A stretch of DNA of 64,000 nt from NCBI GenBank assembly GCA_934163035.1, contig CAKPJX010000003.1, forward strand, positions 3,992-67,991. The letters run 5' to 3'. The translations under genes were made by a program, and so were the position numbers. Below are positions 33,176-43,594 of this stretch, piece by piece. The notes below the pieces were generated by a model. That model searched no databases. It was not told where the DNA came from and was given only the letters and a program-made list of their open reading frames with translations. Numbering within the stretch: position 1 is the first letter of the stretch; every line of letters starts with the position of its first letter. Origin of the DNA: an uncultured Bacilli bacterium. Its GTDB lineage: Bacteria > Bacillota_I > Bacilli_A > RF39 > UBA660.

Positions 33176-33287
33176 ACATTCTCCTTAAAAACTGCTAAAA
33201 ACTACAAGAAAAATATAACATAAAAAAAAGAATATATTTCATAATTAGTAAAATAAATCCTCTTTTATAAACATTTTTACAAATATT

Positions 33288-34823
33288 TTACATTTTTTCC
33301 AAGAATTGTTCCTTATCAATACGTTTAAATAATATTTCCGGAATACCAAGCTCATAATTATTATTATCAAGGCAGGCTAAATCACATTTATCATTGTTAA
33401 TTTGTTTTAATATTTCAGCACTAGTACTTGGCATAAAAGGCTCTAATAAGCATGCACAAACTCTTATAGATTCAAGTAAATTATACATAACCGTTTCTAA
33501 TCTATCACGCTTATCTTCATCCTTTGCTAATACCCAAGGCGTAGTATCATCTATATATTTATTACTCAAACGAAGTACATTAAATATTTCAGTCAAAGCA
33601 TCACTAACATGATAATCATCCATTAAAGTCCCAACTTTTGAATTTAAATCATTAATTTTTTGAATAAAGTCATTATCTATATCATCACTAACATGTTTAT
33701 TATTGATAATCCCATCAAAATACTTATTTCCCATCGAAATAGTTCTTTGAACTAAATTTCCTAAAATATTTGCTAATTCACCATTTATTCTATCAATTAA
33801 CAAATCATAAGTAATATTACCATCAGTTGCATAAGAAATTTCATGAAGTAAATAGAATCTAACAGCATCAACGCCAAATTTTTCAACTAAATCATCAGCA
33901 TATATAACATTTCCCTTAGATTTACTCATTTTATCTCTATCAGTTAAAAGCCATGGATGTCCAAAAACTTGCTTTGGTAAATCAAGATTTAAAGACCATA
34001 AGAAGCAAGGCCAATAAATTGTATGAAATCTAATAATATCTTTTCCTATCAAATGAAGATCTGCTGGCCACAATTTTTTAAATTCTTCTGTTTCATTATC
34101 TACATCATAACCTATATTAGTAATGTAATTAGTTAGTGCATCTAACCATACATAAACAACATGTCCAGGATCAAAATCAACAGGTATACCCCATTTAATA
34201 GAAGTCCTTGATACACATAAATCTTGAAGACCAGGTTTAATAAAGTTATTTAGCATCTCATTCTTTCTTGACTCAGGTTGAATAAATTCTGGATGATTAT
34301 TTATATAATCTTCTAATTTTTTTTGATATTTGCTTAATCTAAAGAAATATGCTTCTTCACTTTGTTCAATAACATCACGTCCGCAATCAGGGCATTTTCC
34401 ATCAACAAGTTGAGTTTCAGTCCAAAAAGACTCACAAGGAGTACAATATAAACCCTTATATTCACCTTTATAAATATCACCATTTTCATACATTCTTTTG
34501 AATATATGTTGAACAACTTCTTTATGATGTACATCTGTAGTTCTAACAAAACGATCATAACTAGTATTCATTAGATCCCAAATATCCCTAATTGTCTTAG
34601 AAACCTCATCTACAAATTCTTGTGGTGTTTTTCCTGCTAAATTAGCCTTTTCCTCAATCTTAACACCATGCTCATCAGTACCAGTCTGAAAATAGACATC
34701 ATAGCCTTTTAGTCTCTTATATCTAGCAATTGCATCAGCCAAAACAATTTCATAAGTATTGCCTATGTGAGGTTTACCAGATGTATAAGCTATTGCTGTA
34801 GAAATATAAAATTTTTGTTTCAT
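33288..34823 (-). CDS. metG: Methionine--tRNA ligase (short form, no C-terminal tRNA-binding domain)
   Basis: ORF track 33288..34838. HIGN and KMSKS motifs and a CPDCG zinc knuckle. ATG at 34823 is 7 nt after GGAGGG. Confidence 0.95.
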   Translation of the reverse strand: MKQKFYISTAIAYTSGKPHIGNTYEIVLADAIARYKRLKGYDVYFQTGTDEHGVKIEEKANLAGKTPQEFVDEVSKTIRDIWDLMNTSYDRFVRTTDVHHKEVVQHIFKRMYENGDIYKGEYKGLYCTPCESFWTETQLVDGKCPDCGRDVIEQSEEAYFFRLSKYQKKLEDYINNHPEFIQPESRKNEMLNNFIKPGLQDLCVSRTSIKWGIPVDFDPGHVVYVWLDALTNYITNIGYDVDNETEEFKKLWPADLHLIGKDIIRFHTIYWPCFLWSLNLDLPKQVFGHPWLLTDRDKMSKSKGNVIYADDLVEKFGVDAVRFYLLHEISYATDGNITYDLLIDRINGELANILGNLVQRTISMGNKYFDGIINNKHVSDDIDNDFIQKINDLNSKVGTLMDDYHVSDALTEIFNVLRLSNKYIDDTTPWVLAKDEDKRDRLETVMYNLLESIRVCACLLEPFMPSTSAEILKQINNDKCDLACLDNNNYELGIPEILFKRIDKEQFLEKM

Positions 34824-34839
34824 AAAAAATCCCTCCAAT

Positions 34840-35068
34840 TAAAAAATTTATTATAATACAAGGACGAATATTCGCGGTACCACCTTGCTTTATAATAAAT
34901 TATCTTATTATACACTTAAATAGTTAACGCCTATATACGACCATATCTACATATCGATACAACAGTTCAGGAGCCATCTCTTATAAATAAATATACTCAT
35001 TCTCACCAAATAGAGTTCTCTTAAATATTCAAAAAATATAAGAGCCACCATCAAAACTTTTAATAAAC
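34840..35068 (-). promoter_or_regulatory. T-box leader (tRNA-sensing riboswitch) upstream of metG
   Basis: The minus strand carries the invariant T-box sequence GGTGGTACCGCG (34873-34884), followed by a hairpin and a U-rich tract. Upstream are AGAGA, GGTGAGA (distal-loop-like) and GCGTTAA (F-box-like) elements. An AUG triplet in ...AGAGAUGGCUCC... (about 34975-34977) sits where a Met specifier is expected. Confidence 0.85.
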
Positions 35069-35074
35069 AAAAAA

Positions 35075-35103
35075 ATTATAACATAATAAAACCTATTCTT
35101 CAA
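35075..35103 (-). promoter_or_regulatory. Candidate extended -10 promoter for the metG T-box leader
   Basis: The minus strand reads TTGAAG-17 nt-TATAAT, with TGT immediately upstream of the -10. The -35 lies in the last codons of spoVT. Confidence 0.45.
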
Positions 35104-35623
35104 TATGTTTAGCCAAAAATTGAGCTGTCAAACCTATAACCTTATCATCCAATTGACCAATATCATTATTATCAGATAAGGCCATAACCAGCCCTATAGC
35201 ATCACCATTCATAATAATTGGATATACAACGTAAGAAAGACTTTCCTCAATATCCTCTAAAATTTGAATTTTATTTAAAGTTTCAGACACCAAAACTTTT
35301 CTTTCCTTCATTACCCTTTCCAAAAATTTAGAAATACTTTTATCAATATATTTCTTCTTTAAACTACCTGATGCAGCAATAAATCTATCTCTATCCGTAA
35401 TTAAAACACTTTTGTTTAACGTTCCATTAATAACCTCAACTAACTGTTGAGAAATTTCTTCAATATCAGTCATCTTAGAAAATTTTTTTAAAGCTATCAT
35501 TTCCCTATCAACAAAAATTTCTAAAGACTCACCATCTCTAATTCTAAGAGTACGTCGAATTTCCTTTGGAATAACAATTCTTCCTAAATCATCTACTCTT
35601 CTAACAACACCAGTTGACTTCAT
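35093..35623 (-). CDS. spoVT: Stage V sporulation protein T (AbrB-type N-domain plus GAF-like C-domain)
   Basis: ORF track 35093..35638. MKSTGVVRRVDDLGRIVIPKEIRRTLRIRDGESLEIFVD is near-identical in pattern to B. subtilis SpoVT. ~176 aa. mfd-spoVT synteny. ATG at 35623 follows GAGGAA. Confidence 0.9.
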   Translation of the reverse strand: MKSTGVVRRVDDLGRIVIPKEIRRTLRIRDGESLEIFVDREMIALKKFSKMTDIEEISQQLVEVINGTLNKSVLITDRDRFIAASGSLKKKYIDKSISKFLERVMKERKVLVSETLNKIQILEDIEESLSYVVYPIIMNGDAIGLVMALSDNNDIGQLDDKVIGLTAQFLAKHIEE

Positions 35624-35782
35624 ACAATTATTCCTCACTTTCTACATACTATTAGTTTCTCTGTATTATGTTTATTTATACCTAATATTTACTTCTCATT
35701 TATATTATAATCAATAATAACAAGATTTTATTTGGTAATTATTTCCATATAACAAAATAAAAAAAAAGAAGCATCACAACTT

Positions 35783-36442
35783 CTATACCTGTTCATTAAA
35801 TATTCTCGAATTTTGCATAGTAAACAGATAGCGTTCTCCCTGCTCTTTAATACTATTAATTAATATTGTATCCTTAACTAATACCTTAAAATCAACATTT
35901 TCAATAATTTGCTTTATATATCCTTTTTTCAAAAATTTTTCCAACTCTAAAGTAAATTTATTTTTAGACACTTCATCAACACTTTTTGTAAATATCAAGT
36001 TTACATTATTTACAATCATATTTTCAACCGATTCAAGAACACCATTTTTAATTATTTTTTTATTATGCTTGTTAATATCAATAAAATCTTTCTTATTAAT
36101 TTTAATTATTACATTAGAATCTTCACTATATTCATCATTTACAACACTAGTTAAATACTCAATTCTATAATTAATGATTTTATCAAAAAATTTAATAACA
36201 TCGTTCCTATAATCATCAATTATTCTAGATAAATACTCTATATCCAGAACTATTTTATACTTTTTAGCAATATCTAAAAATTTACATTTAATAACATCCA
36301 TAGAGTCAAGTGGTGGCTTTTTAAATAAAGACATAATATCTTCATTAACTAAAACATTAGTATTGTTTTTTATGCTTTCTAATACAGCTTTTTTATAATT
36401 AGTCGCATGTTGCTTTTTTAATTTTTCCAATTCATCGTTCAT
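35783..36442 (-). CDS. Hypothetical K/N/I-rich soluble protein
   Basis: ORF track 35783..36493. ATG at 36442 is 8 nt after AGGAG. No TM and no motif recognised. Inserted between mfd and spoVT. Confidence 0.6.
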   Translation of the reverse strand: MNDELEKLKKQHATNYKKAVLESIKNNTNVLVNEDIMSLFKKPPLDSMDVIKCKFLDIAKKYKIVLDIEYLSRIIDDYRNDVIKFFDKIINYRIEYLTSVVNDEYSEDSNVIIKINKKDFIDINKHNKKIIKNGVLESVENMIVNNVNLIFTKSVDEVSKNKFTLELEKFLKKGYIKQIIENVDFKVLVKDTILINSIKEQGERYLFTMQNSRIFNEQV

Positions 36443-36489
36443 TAACTCAACTCCTAGCATTATCAATTTAACTAAGATTTTTAAATTAG

Positions 36490-39400
36490 TCAATAAAAAT
36501 TAAGAATTTTATCAAATAATTCTACTAAGTAATATATTGGATGTTTTTCCAATTTAATTGTATCTAAAACTATAACTAAATTCGTACCTCTGCTTACAAA
36601 CCTAAACATATTTGAAATATTAAATGCACAAACAAAGACATCATCCATTTTAAGCTTTGACACAACATTTTGAGGCAAAACAACTTCTATATAATTTCTA
36701 GTTTGACGAACATTTTTAATTCCTAATTTAACTGATATTTTTTCAAACCATTCTTCATACATATATATAATTAAGTTTTCATCCAATTTTCCAAATCTAT
36801 CTTCAAGTTCTGCTTTAATAGATAAAAATGCCCCTTCACTATCAACCTCATTAATTTTACGATGAATTTCAATCTTTAAATCATCATCTTCAACATAGTT
36901 ATTATCAATGTGAGTAGATACATTAAGTAATGGCTTACTGTCACTTTCTTCCTCAGACATCACAGACTTACCATTTCTCTTTTCTATCTCATCATTAAGC
37001 ATCTTCAAAAATAAATCTATTCCTACAGAATCAATAAATCCAGCCTGTTCACTACCCAATATATCTCCAGCACCTCTAATAGATAAATCCCTTGTAGCAA
37101 TAGAAAAGCCACTACCAAGTTCAGTAAATTCCTTTATAACATTCAAACGTTTCTTAGCCGTATCAGTTAGAATTTTATTAGAATTATACATAAGGTAGGC
37201 ATACGCAAACCTGTCACTTCTACCAACTCTACCTCTAATTTGATACAATTGACTTAAACCAAAAGTATCAGCATCAATAATAATTAAAGTATTAACATTA
37301 GGTATATCTATACCAGTTTCAATAATAGTCGTACAAATCAAAACATCATACTTATAATCAATAAAGTCCATAATTTTACTCTCAAGATCTTGCTTTTTCA
37401 TTTGACCATGAGCTATTGCAATTCTAGCCTCTGGTACTAGATTACTAATCTTACGATATTCATCATTTATAGACATTACACGATTATATAAAATATAGAC
37501 CTGTCCCTTTCTTGATAACTCTTTATATATGGCATCCCTTATAATTTGCATATTTTCTTCAATAACATAAGTCTGAACAGGATATCTATTAACTGGTGGA
37601 GTTTCAATAAGAGATAAACTTCGAATTCCAACCAAAGACATTTGTAGAGTTCTAGGTATAGGAGTAGCAGTTAAAGTAAGAACATCAACATTAGATTTAT
37701 ATTGCTTAATTTTCTCTTTATGCATAACGCCAAATCTCTGTTCTTCATCAATTATCAATAACCCCAAATTTTTAGGAACAACATCATTGCTTAACAATCT
37801 ATGAGTACCAAAAACCATATCCAAAGTTCCATCAGAAAGTTCCTTCAAAATTTCAGATGTTTCTTTTGGCGAGGTGAATCTATTAAGTAGTGCAATTGAA
37901 ACAGGAAAATCTTTAAATCTAACTTTAGCATTTTCAAAATGTTGATTAGATAAAATCGTAGTAGGACACAAAAATAAGACCTGTTTAGAATCAAGTATCG
38001 CTTTAAATGCCGCCTCAAAGGCAACTTCAGTTTTTCCAAAACCAACATCTCCACAAAGTAGTCTGTCCATAGGCAAACTAGATTCCATATCTTTTTTTAT
38101 TTGATCGATTGCAATCTTTTGATCAGTTGTTAAAGTATATGGAAAAGCTCTACTAAACTCGATTGAAAGAGAATTGTCCTTAGAAAAAGCATAACCCTTC
38201 ATTGCTTCACGAGCAGCATATAGTTCAAGTAATTTATCAGCGATGCCATCAATTTTTTTTCTAACTCTTGCCTTAGTCTTTTTCCATTCAATACCATCCA
38301 ACTTATTAATCTTAGGAATAACTCCATCTTTACCAGAATATTTGCTAAGTAAATCAATTTTTTCAACAGGAATATATATTTTATCACTGCCTTGATATAA
38401 AACCTCAAGATAATCTTTAGAAACGCCACAAGAAGTCAAGGTCTTAATACCATTATAAACACCTATTCCATGAACATTATGAACAACAAAATCACCAATA
38501 GTAAGTTTTGACATATCAGAGATTGTAGTCGAATATTTAAATCCATTATTATACTTTTTCTTTTTCTCATTAATAATAAATAATTCACTACTTGATAAAA
38601 CAACTAATTTATCATAAATAAAACCCTGATTGATATCTGCAACAATCAAGTTTACTGAATTTAGAACAATATTATCAAAATCAAAAGTAACATAGTTCAT
38701 ATTAAGTTTCTTAGACAAAGTCTTTAACTGATAATCTTTTAAACATATTAAAACTGTCTTATTATCATCAAGAGAATTTCTAATAAACCTATTTATTTGA
38801 TCCATATTTTCATTAAAACTATTTATAGTCTTAATATCAAAATTAACAGTACCAGAAGCAAAGCTTGGAGTCATATTATTTATTGACATATAATAAATAA
38901 TATAATTATTCTTAATATCAGAAAAATTATACATATAACTACCATCAAAATCAGCATCTTTTTCTTCATTATAAATATTCATTTCTTCTAGCATATTGTT
39001 ATAACTACTAGCTAATTGCTCATAGTCTTTTAATACTACATATCCATCATCAAAATAATCAGAAAGTGACATTACAGAAGTGTAATCTGGTAAATATTTT
39101 TGTTTACCAAAATGTAGTTCATCAACAGCCTTACCACATAAGAATTCTGTATATGGATTAATAGTAACTTTCTCTAATTTAGACAAAGACTTTTGTGTTT
39201 TAGCGTCAAAAAGTCGTATTGATTCGATTTCATCACCGAAAAATTCAATTCTAACAGGATTATCAAAGTTAATAGGAAAAATATCTACTACAAATCCCCT
39301 AACACCAATATCTCCAGTATTACTAACAATAGTATCTCTAATATATCCAATAGATAATAATTTTTCCACAAGTAATTTAGGACTCAAACTATCACCAATA

Positions 39401-39789
39401 GACAAATTTAAAATTGCATTTTTATAGACTTTTTTATTAGGTAAATATCTTAAATATCCAGTTAAATTCGTAATAACAATAACTGGTTCATCAGAAAAAT
39501 TAATAACATTTAACGTTTCTAAACGATTAATCTTTAAATCAGGACTTATCGCAATGGCTTCACTAGTAAGAAAATCATCCATAGGAAACAAATATACATT
39601 TTTTGTATACCCTGTTAATGATGAATAAAGGTTATTAGCTTCAAATAAACTATTAACAACAACTAGAATGTTTTTTTTCTTCTGAATTAATAAACTGTTT
39701 AAATACACACAAAAAAACTCATCAGTAAGTCCAACAATACCAATGTTTTTCTTTATATTAATTTTAATTAAATCATCAAATAATTTCAT
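36490..39789 (-). CDS. mfd: Transcription-repair coupling factor
   Basis: ORF track. 1099 aa. UvrB-homology N-terminus, CarD-like RID (FVVHNVHGIGVY), and superfamily-2 helicase motifs (GDVGFGKTEV, DEEQRFG, TATPIPRT, QLYQIRGRVGR). Confidence 0.97.
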   Translation of the reverse strand: MKLFDDLIKINIKKNIGIVGLTDEFFCVYLNSLLIQKKKNILVVVNSLFEANNLYSSLTGYTKNVYLFPMDDFLTSEAIAISPDLKINRLETLNVINFSDEPVIVITNLTGYLRYLPNKKVYKNAILNLSIGDSLSPKLLVEKLLSIGYIRDTIVSNTGDIGVRGFVVDIFPINFDNPVRIEFFGDEIESIRLFDAKTQKSLSKLEKVTINPYTEFLCGKAVDELHFGKQKYLPDYTSVMSLSDYFDDGYVVLKDYEQLASSYNNMLEEMNIYNEEKDADFDGSYMYNFSDIKNNYIIYYMSINNMTPSFASGTVNFDIKTINSFNENMDQINRFIRNSLDDNKTVLICLKDYQLKTLSKKLNMNYVTFDFDNIVLNSVNLIVADINQGFIYDKLVVLSSSELFIINEKKKKYNNGFKYSTTISDMSKLTIGDFVVHNVHGIGVYNGIKTLTSCGVSKDYLEVLYQGSDKIYIPVEKIDLLSKYSGKDGVIPKINKLDGIEWKKTKARVRKKIDGIADKLLELYAAREAMKGYAFSKDNSLSIEFSRAFPYTLTTDQKIAIDQIKKDMESSLPMDRLLCGDVGFGKTEVAFEAAFKAILDSKQVLFLCPTTILSNQHFENAKVRFKDFPVSIALLNRFTSPKETSEILKELSDGTLDMVFGTHRLLSNDVVPKNLGLLIIDEEQRFGVMHKEKIKQYKSNVDVLTLTATPIPRTLQMSLVGIRSLSLIETPPVNRYPVQTYVIEENMQIIRDAIYKELSRKGQVYILYNRVMSINDEYRKISNLVPEARIAIAHGQMKKQDLESKIMDFIDYKYDVLICTTIIETGIDIPNVNTLIIIDADTFGLSQLYQIRGRVGRSDRFAYAYLMYNSNKILTDTAKKRLNVIKEFTELGSGFSIATRDLSIRGAGDILGSEQAGFIDSVGIDLFLKMLNDEIEKRNGKSVMSEEESDSKPLLNVSTHIDNNYVEDDDLKIEIHRKINEVDSEGAFLSIKAELEDRFGKLDENLIIYMYEEWFEKISVKLGIKNVRQTRNYIEVVLPQNVVSKLKMDDVFVCAFNISNMFRFVSRGTNLVIVLDTIKLEKHPIYYLVELFDKILNFY

Positions 39790-39793
39790 ATCA

Positions 39794-40363
39794 TCACCTA
39801 TTTTTGTGATTATACCTACTCATTAAATCAGAAAATTTCAAACTAAAATATTGATCAAGCATAGGAATCAACTCATTAAATAAATTATCAAGCTTATTTA
39901 ACTCTTCTTTTGAAAAAGTACCTAAAACATAATCCTTAGCATCTAAAAAATCACGTTTAGATATACCAATTTTAAGTCTTTTATAACAATTCGTACCAAG
40001 ACATAATTCAATGTTTCTCAAACCATTATGACCACCGCACGAACCATGATCTTTAAGCTTAAAATTACCAATATTTAAATCCATATCATCCGAAATAATC
40101 AAAACATCATCAACATTTATTCTAAAATAATCAACAAACTTTTTTACAACTTCACCAGACAAATTCATATAAGATAAAGGCTTTAAGAAAATAGTTTTTT
40201 CACCAAAAATTACAGTCTGAAAATAAGAACCATTAAATTTAACTTTCCATTCTATATTTTTAAACTTGCTATTCAAATATTTATCAACAAGCATAAAACC
40301 TATATTGTGTCTAGTTTTTTCATATTCTCTACCAGGATTACCTAAACCAACAATTAACTTCAT
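39794..40363 (-). CDS. pth: Peptidyl-tRNA hydrolase
   Basis: ORF track. MKLIVGLGNPG...YEKTRHNIGF. Confidence 0.95.
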   Translation of the reverse strand: MKLIVGLGNPGREYEKTRHNIGFMLVDKYLNSKFKNIEWKVKFNGSYFQTVIFGEKTIFLKPLSYMNLSGEVVKKFVDYFRINVDDVLIISDDMDLNIGNFKLKDHGSCGGHNGLRNIELCLGTNCYKRLKIGISKRDFLDAKDYVLGTFSKEELNKLDNLFNELIPMLDQYFSLKFSDLMSRYNHKNR

Positions 40364-40367
40364 AATA

Positions 40368-41207
40368 TCACTTTTCCTTACACATTTCTTTATAAACTAC
40401 AGACTTAGCAATGTTTCTTTCTTTTGCTACTAGTTTTATTGCATCACTCTTACTCATACCATCACTAACATATAACATAACGTGTTCACTAATACTCATA
40501 TCAGAAAAATTATTTAATTCATTATTACCAGATACAACAATGACAAATTCCCCCTTTAAAGTAGAAACATTATCAATTAAATTACTAACTCTATCTCTAA
40601 TTATTTCTTCATGAATCTTAGATATTTCTCTATTGATACTAATATATCTATCTCCAAAAATATCATAAATATTCTTCAAAGTCTGATTAAGTCTATGAAC
40701 GGACTCATACAGTATTATTGTATATGGTAAATTTTTTAAGTTTTCTAATTCTCTTAATTGCTTAGAACTCTTTGCATTTAAAAAACCATAAAACAGAAAA
40801 GGTGAAGGATTAATGCCAGATGAAATAAGTGCTGGAACAAAAGCTGTCGCCCCAGGTAAAGCAATAACATTATAATTATTCTTAATAACCTCATCAACAA
40901 CAGTATAACCAGGATCACTAATAATTGGAGTACCTTGATCAGTAACCAAAGCAAGATTTAAACCAGCATCCAACTTACTAACTATAACAGACTTCATTTT
41001 TTCTTCATTATACTTATGGCAACTAACAAGTTTTTTCTTTATATCATAAAAACTTAGTAATTTTAAAGTCTCTCTAGTATCCTCACACAAAACTAAATCT
41101 ACCATCTTTAAAACATTTAAAGAACGTATAGTAATATCCTCTAAATTACCTATTGGTGTAGGGACTAAATATAAACTTGGTCTTCCATCATAACTCTTTT
41201 GATTCAT
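40368..41207 (-). CDS. rsmI: 16S rRNA (cytidine1402-2'-O)-methyltransferase
   Basis: ORF track. LYLVPTPIGNLEDIT and CEDTR motifs (tetrapyrrole-methylase fold, YabC-like). Confidence 0.9.
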   Translation of the reverse strand: MNQKSYDGRPSLYLVPTPIGNLEDITIRSLNVLKMVDLVLCEDTRETLKLLSFYDIKKKLVSCHKYNEEKMKSVIVSKLDAGLNLALVTDQGTPIISDPGYTVVDEVIKNNYNVIALPGATAFVPALISSGINPSPFLFYGFLNAKSSKQLRELENLKNLPYTIILYESVHRLNQTLKNIYDIFGDRYISINREISKIHEEIIRDRVSNLIDNVSTLKGEFVIVVSGNNELNNFSDMSISEHVMLYVSDGMSKSDAIKLVAKERNIAKSVVYKEMCKEK

Positions 41208-41932
41208 CTTGCAACCTCCTTCATCAATAATTCATACTCAGAAGAAAATGTACCATCATTATCATATAAAACAAATGGTTTTTCAATCTTTAAACCTGGT
41301 TTCCCATTTTTTATTCCCTCAATTAAAATCATTATAGAATTCTTTTCTAACTTAGAGTAGACAAATCTAATTCTTTTAGGTTCAATTTTATTTAATCTAA
41401 ACTGATCAATTATTTCTAAAAGTCTATCTGGTCTATGAACAATAGCAAAAAGACCATTATTTTTCAAAATTTTTCTAGTAACAGAAAAGACACCACTCAA
41501 ATCTATTGCTACTTCATGCCTAGCTATAACCTTTTCTTCACTCAAATTAAGACAACTATTCTCAGTATATTTAAAAAATGGAGGATTACAGGTTACTACA
41601 TCAAAAGTCTCACAATTACTATCAGCAAAATCTTTCATATCCTGATTAATAATTGAAATTTGTTCTGAAAGATTATTACATTTAATCGATTCAGTTGCTA
41701 AAGATGCCAATTTTTCTTGTATTTCTACTCCAACAATCTTTTTATCAGTGCGCAAAGATAAAATTAAAGGAATAACTCCATTTCCACAACCTAAATCAGC
41801 ATAATTTTTATCCCGTAACCTTATGCTAACAAAATTAGCAAGCATAACACTATCAAGAGAAAAAGAAAAATAATCATCTTCTTGCAAAATTTTTAGATTT
41901 TTATATCCAAGTATATCATTAATTCTCTTCAT
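41204..41932 (-). CDS. N6-adenine methyltransferase, tRNA1(Val) m6A37 TrmN6/YabB-like
   Basis: ORF track. DLGCGNGVI SAM motif and the NPPF motif (VTCNPPFF). It occupies the yabB position between ricT(yaaT) and rsmI(yabC). Confidence 0.75.
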   Translation of the reverse strand: MKRINDILGYKNLKILQEDDYFSFSLDSVMLANFVSIRLRDKNYADLGCGNGVIPLILSLRTDKKIVGVEIQEKLASLATESIKCNNLSEQISIINQDMKDFADSNCETFDVVTCNPPFFKYTENSCLNLSEEKVIARHEVAIDLSGVFSVTRKILKNNGLFAIVHRPDRLLEIIDQFRLNKIEPKRIRFVYSKLEKNSIMILIEGIKNGKPGLKIEKPFVLYDNDGTFSSEYELLMKEVAR

Positions 41933-42722
41933 TTATTAACTCTTCCACTTCAATTTCAACTATCCCATTTTCTTTTAAATCTATAGCTACCACATTTCTA
42001 AAAATATCAATAGAAGTAACCTTACCAGTACCTTTTTTTGTAGTAAGTACTGAGCCAACTTTAGGATATTTTTTTTTTATTTCTGTATATAAATCATTTT
42101 CATATCCAAGACAGCAAAAAAGTCTGCCACATACACCATTAATTTTAGAAGGATTCAAAGCCAAAAATTGATTTTTAGCCATATTAATTGAAACGCTATT
42201 AAAGTCAGTTAAAAAACTATTACAGCATAAGAACAAACCACATGGTCCTAATCCACCAATCCTTTTTGCCTTATCTCTAACACCAATTTGTCTAAGTTCA
42301 ATTCTTGTTTTATATTTTTGAGCAAGTTTCTTTGCTAATTCCCTAAAATCAATTCTATCATCAGCATTAAAATATAAAAGTAATTGTGATCTATCAAAAG
42401 TATAATAGGAATCAATAAAATTCATTGGTAATTTTAAATCTAATGCAAATTTTTTAGCATCAATTAAAGCTTTATTTGCATCACTTTTATTTTGTTCTAT
42501 AACTTTTAAATCATCAATAGTAGCTTTTCGCAAAAATTCATCATGCAAAATAACAACATTCTCATCTTTTTCAAGATACGGTTTAGACTTAACAACTCCA
42601 ACTTGATTACTTTCATCAACTCTAAGAATAACATAATCTCCTACATCAAAATTATTATTATCATAACTAACAAAAACAATTCCTTTAGTAGCTATTATTT
42701 CAATCCTGACTACATTAACCAT
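41919..42722 (-). CDS. ricT: PSP1-domain protein RicT/YaaT
   Basis: ORF track. The N-terminus MVNVVRIE parallels YaaT MYNVVGVR. Cys cluster GPCGLFLCC...GVCGRLFCCL. holB-yaaT synteny. Confidence 0.85.
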   Translation of the reverse strand: MVNVVRIEIIATKGIVFVSYDNNNFDVGDYVILRVDESNQVGVVKSKPYLEKDENVVILHDEFLRKATIDDLKVIEQNKSDANKALIDAKKFALDLKLPMNFIDSYYTFDRSQLLLYFNADDRIDFRELAKKLAQKYKTRIELRQIGVRDKAKRIGGLGPCGLFLCCNSFLTDFNSVSINMAKNQFLALNPSKINGVCGRLFCCLGYENDLYTEIKKKYPKVGSVLTTKKGTGKVTSIDIFRNVVAIDLKENGIVEIEVEELINEEN

Positions 42723-43587
42723 CTATGTTACCTCCTATTACCTTAGCAAAAAATTGATCCAACCACAATTTATAGTTAACATTAAATTCCAACTTAATAA
42801 CTTCATCATCTATTATAGAAATCATTTTAATAATTTTTTCAATTGATAAAGAAGATAAAAGCTCCAAAATATTATCAAAATTAATTATAGTTTTTTCACA
42901 AGCCCTACTATCCAAATAAATCATTAATATCTTCTCAATATCCAACAATTTCTTTTTAGTAACCAATTTATCGCTCATCAACGAGCTTATTATATCATTA
43001 TAGTTAGTAAAAAGTCTATCACCACTAAAAAGCAATTTTATTAAACTAAAATTTTCTTCAGAAAAAATATCATCAGAAATTCCATCATTAGATGTAGATA
43101 GACTTTGACATCTAGAAACAATAGTATCAAGAACTTTAAATTTATTAGTTGTTAATAGTATTGCTATTATATTATCTTCAGGTTCCTCTAAAAATTTAAG
43201 AATAGTATTAGCAGCAGACAAATTCAGTTTTTCAGCTTCTTTTATAACATATATTTGTTTATTATCAAGAAATGATTTTTTTTTAAAATCTTCCTGTAAA
43301 TTAATTATTTGTTGTTTTTTAATTTCTTTCCCATCAGGCTGAATAATTCTAAAATCAGGATAATTATTTGTATCAACTAAGTTACAAACATTGCATTTTC
43401 CACAATCTAATTCATTGGCATGATTGGAGTTCTTGCAAAGAAGCAGTTTTACAAAAATAGTAATTAAAGGAAAATCTTTATCATAATCAGAAATTTCAAT
43501 TAAATAAGCATGAGAAACAGTATTATAAAATACTGCTTTTTCTATGAAATTAATAAAATTATGATTAGATAAATTTAAATTTTCCAT
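42715..43587 (-). CDS. holB: DNA polymerase III subunit delta-prime
   Basis: ORF track. AAA+-like fold with a degenerate P-loop, zinc-module cysteines (CGKCNVCN), LKFLEEP and SRCQ motifs. Confidence 0.85.
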   Translation of the reverse strand: MENLNLSNHNFINFIEKAVFYNTVSHAYLIEISDYDKDFPLITIFVKLLLCKNSNHANELDCGKCNVCNLVDTNNYPDFRIIQPDGKEIKKQQIINLQEDFKKKSFLDNKQIYVIKEAEKLNLSAANTILKFLEEPEDNIIAILLTTNKFKVLDTIVSRCQSLSTSNDGISDDIFSEENFSLIKLLFSGDRLFTNYNDIISSLMSDKLVTKKKLLDIEKILMIYLDSRACEKTIINFDNILELLSSLSIEKIIKMISIIDDEVIKLEFNVNYKLWLDQFFAKVIGGNIDG

Positions 43588-43594
43588 AACTACC

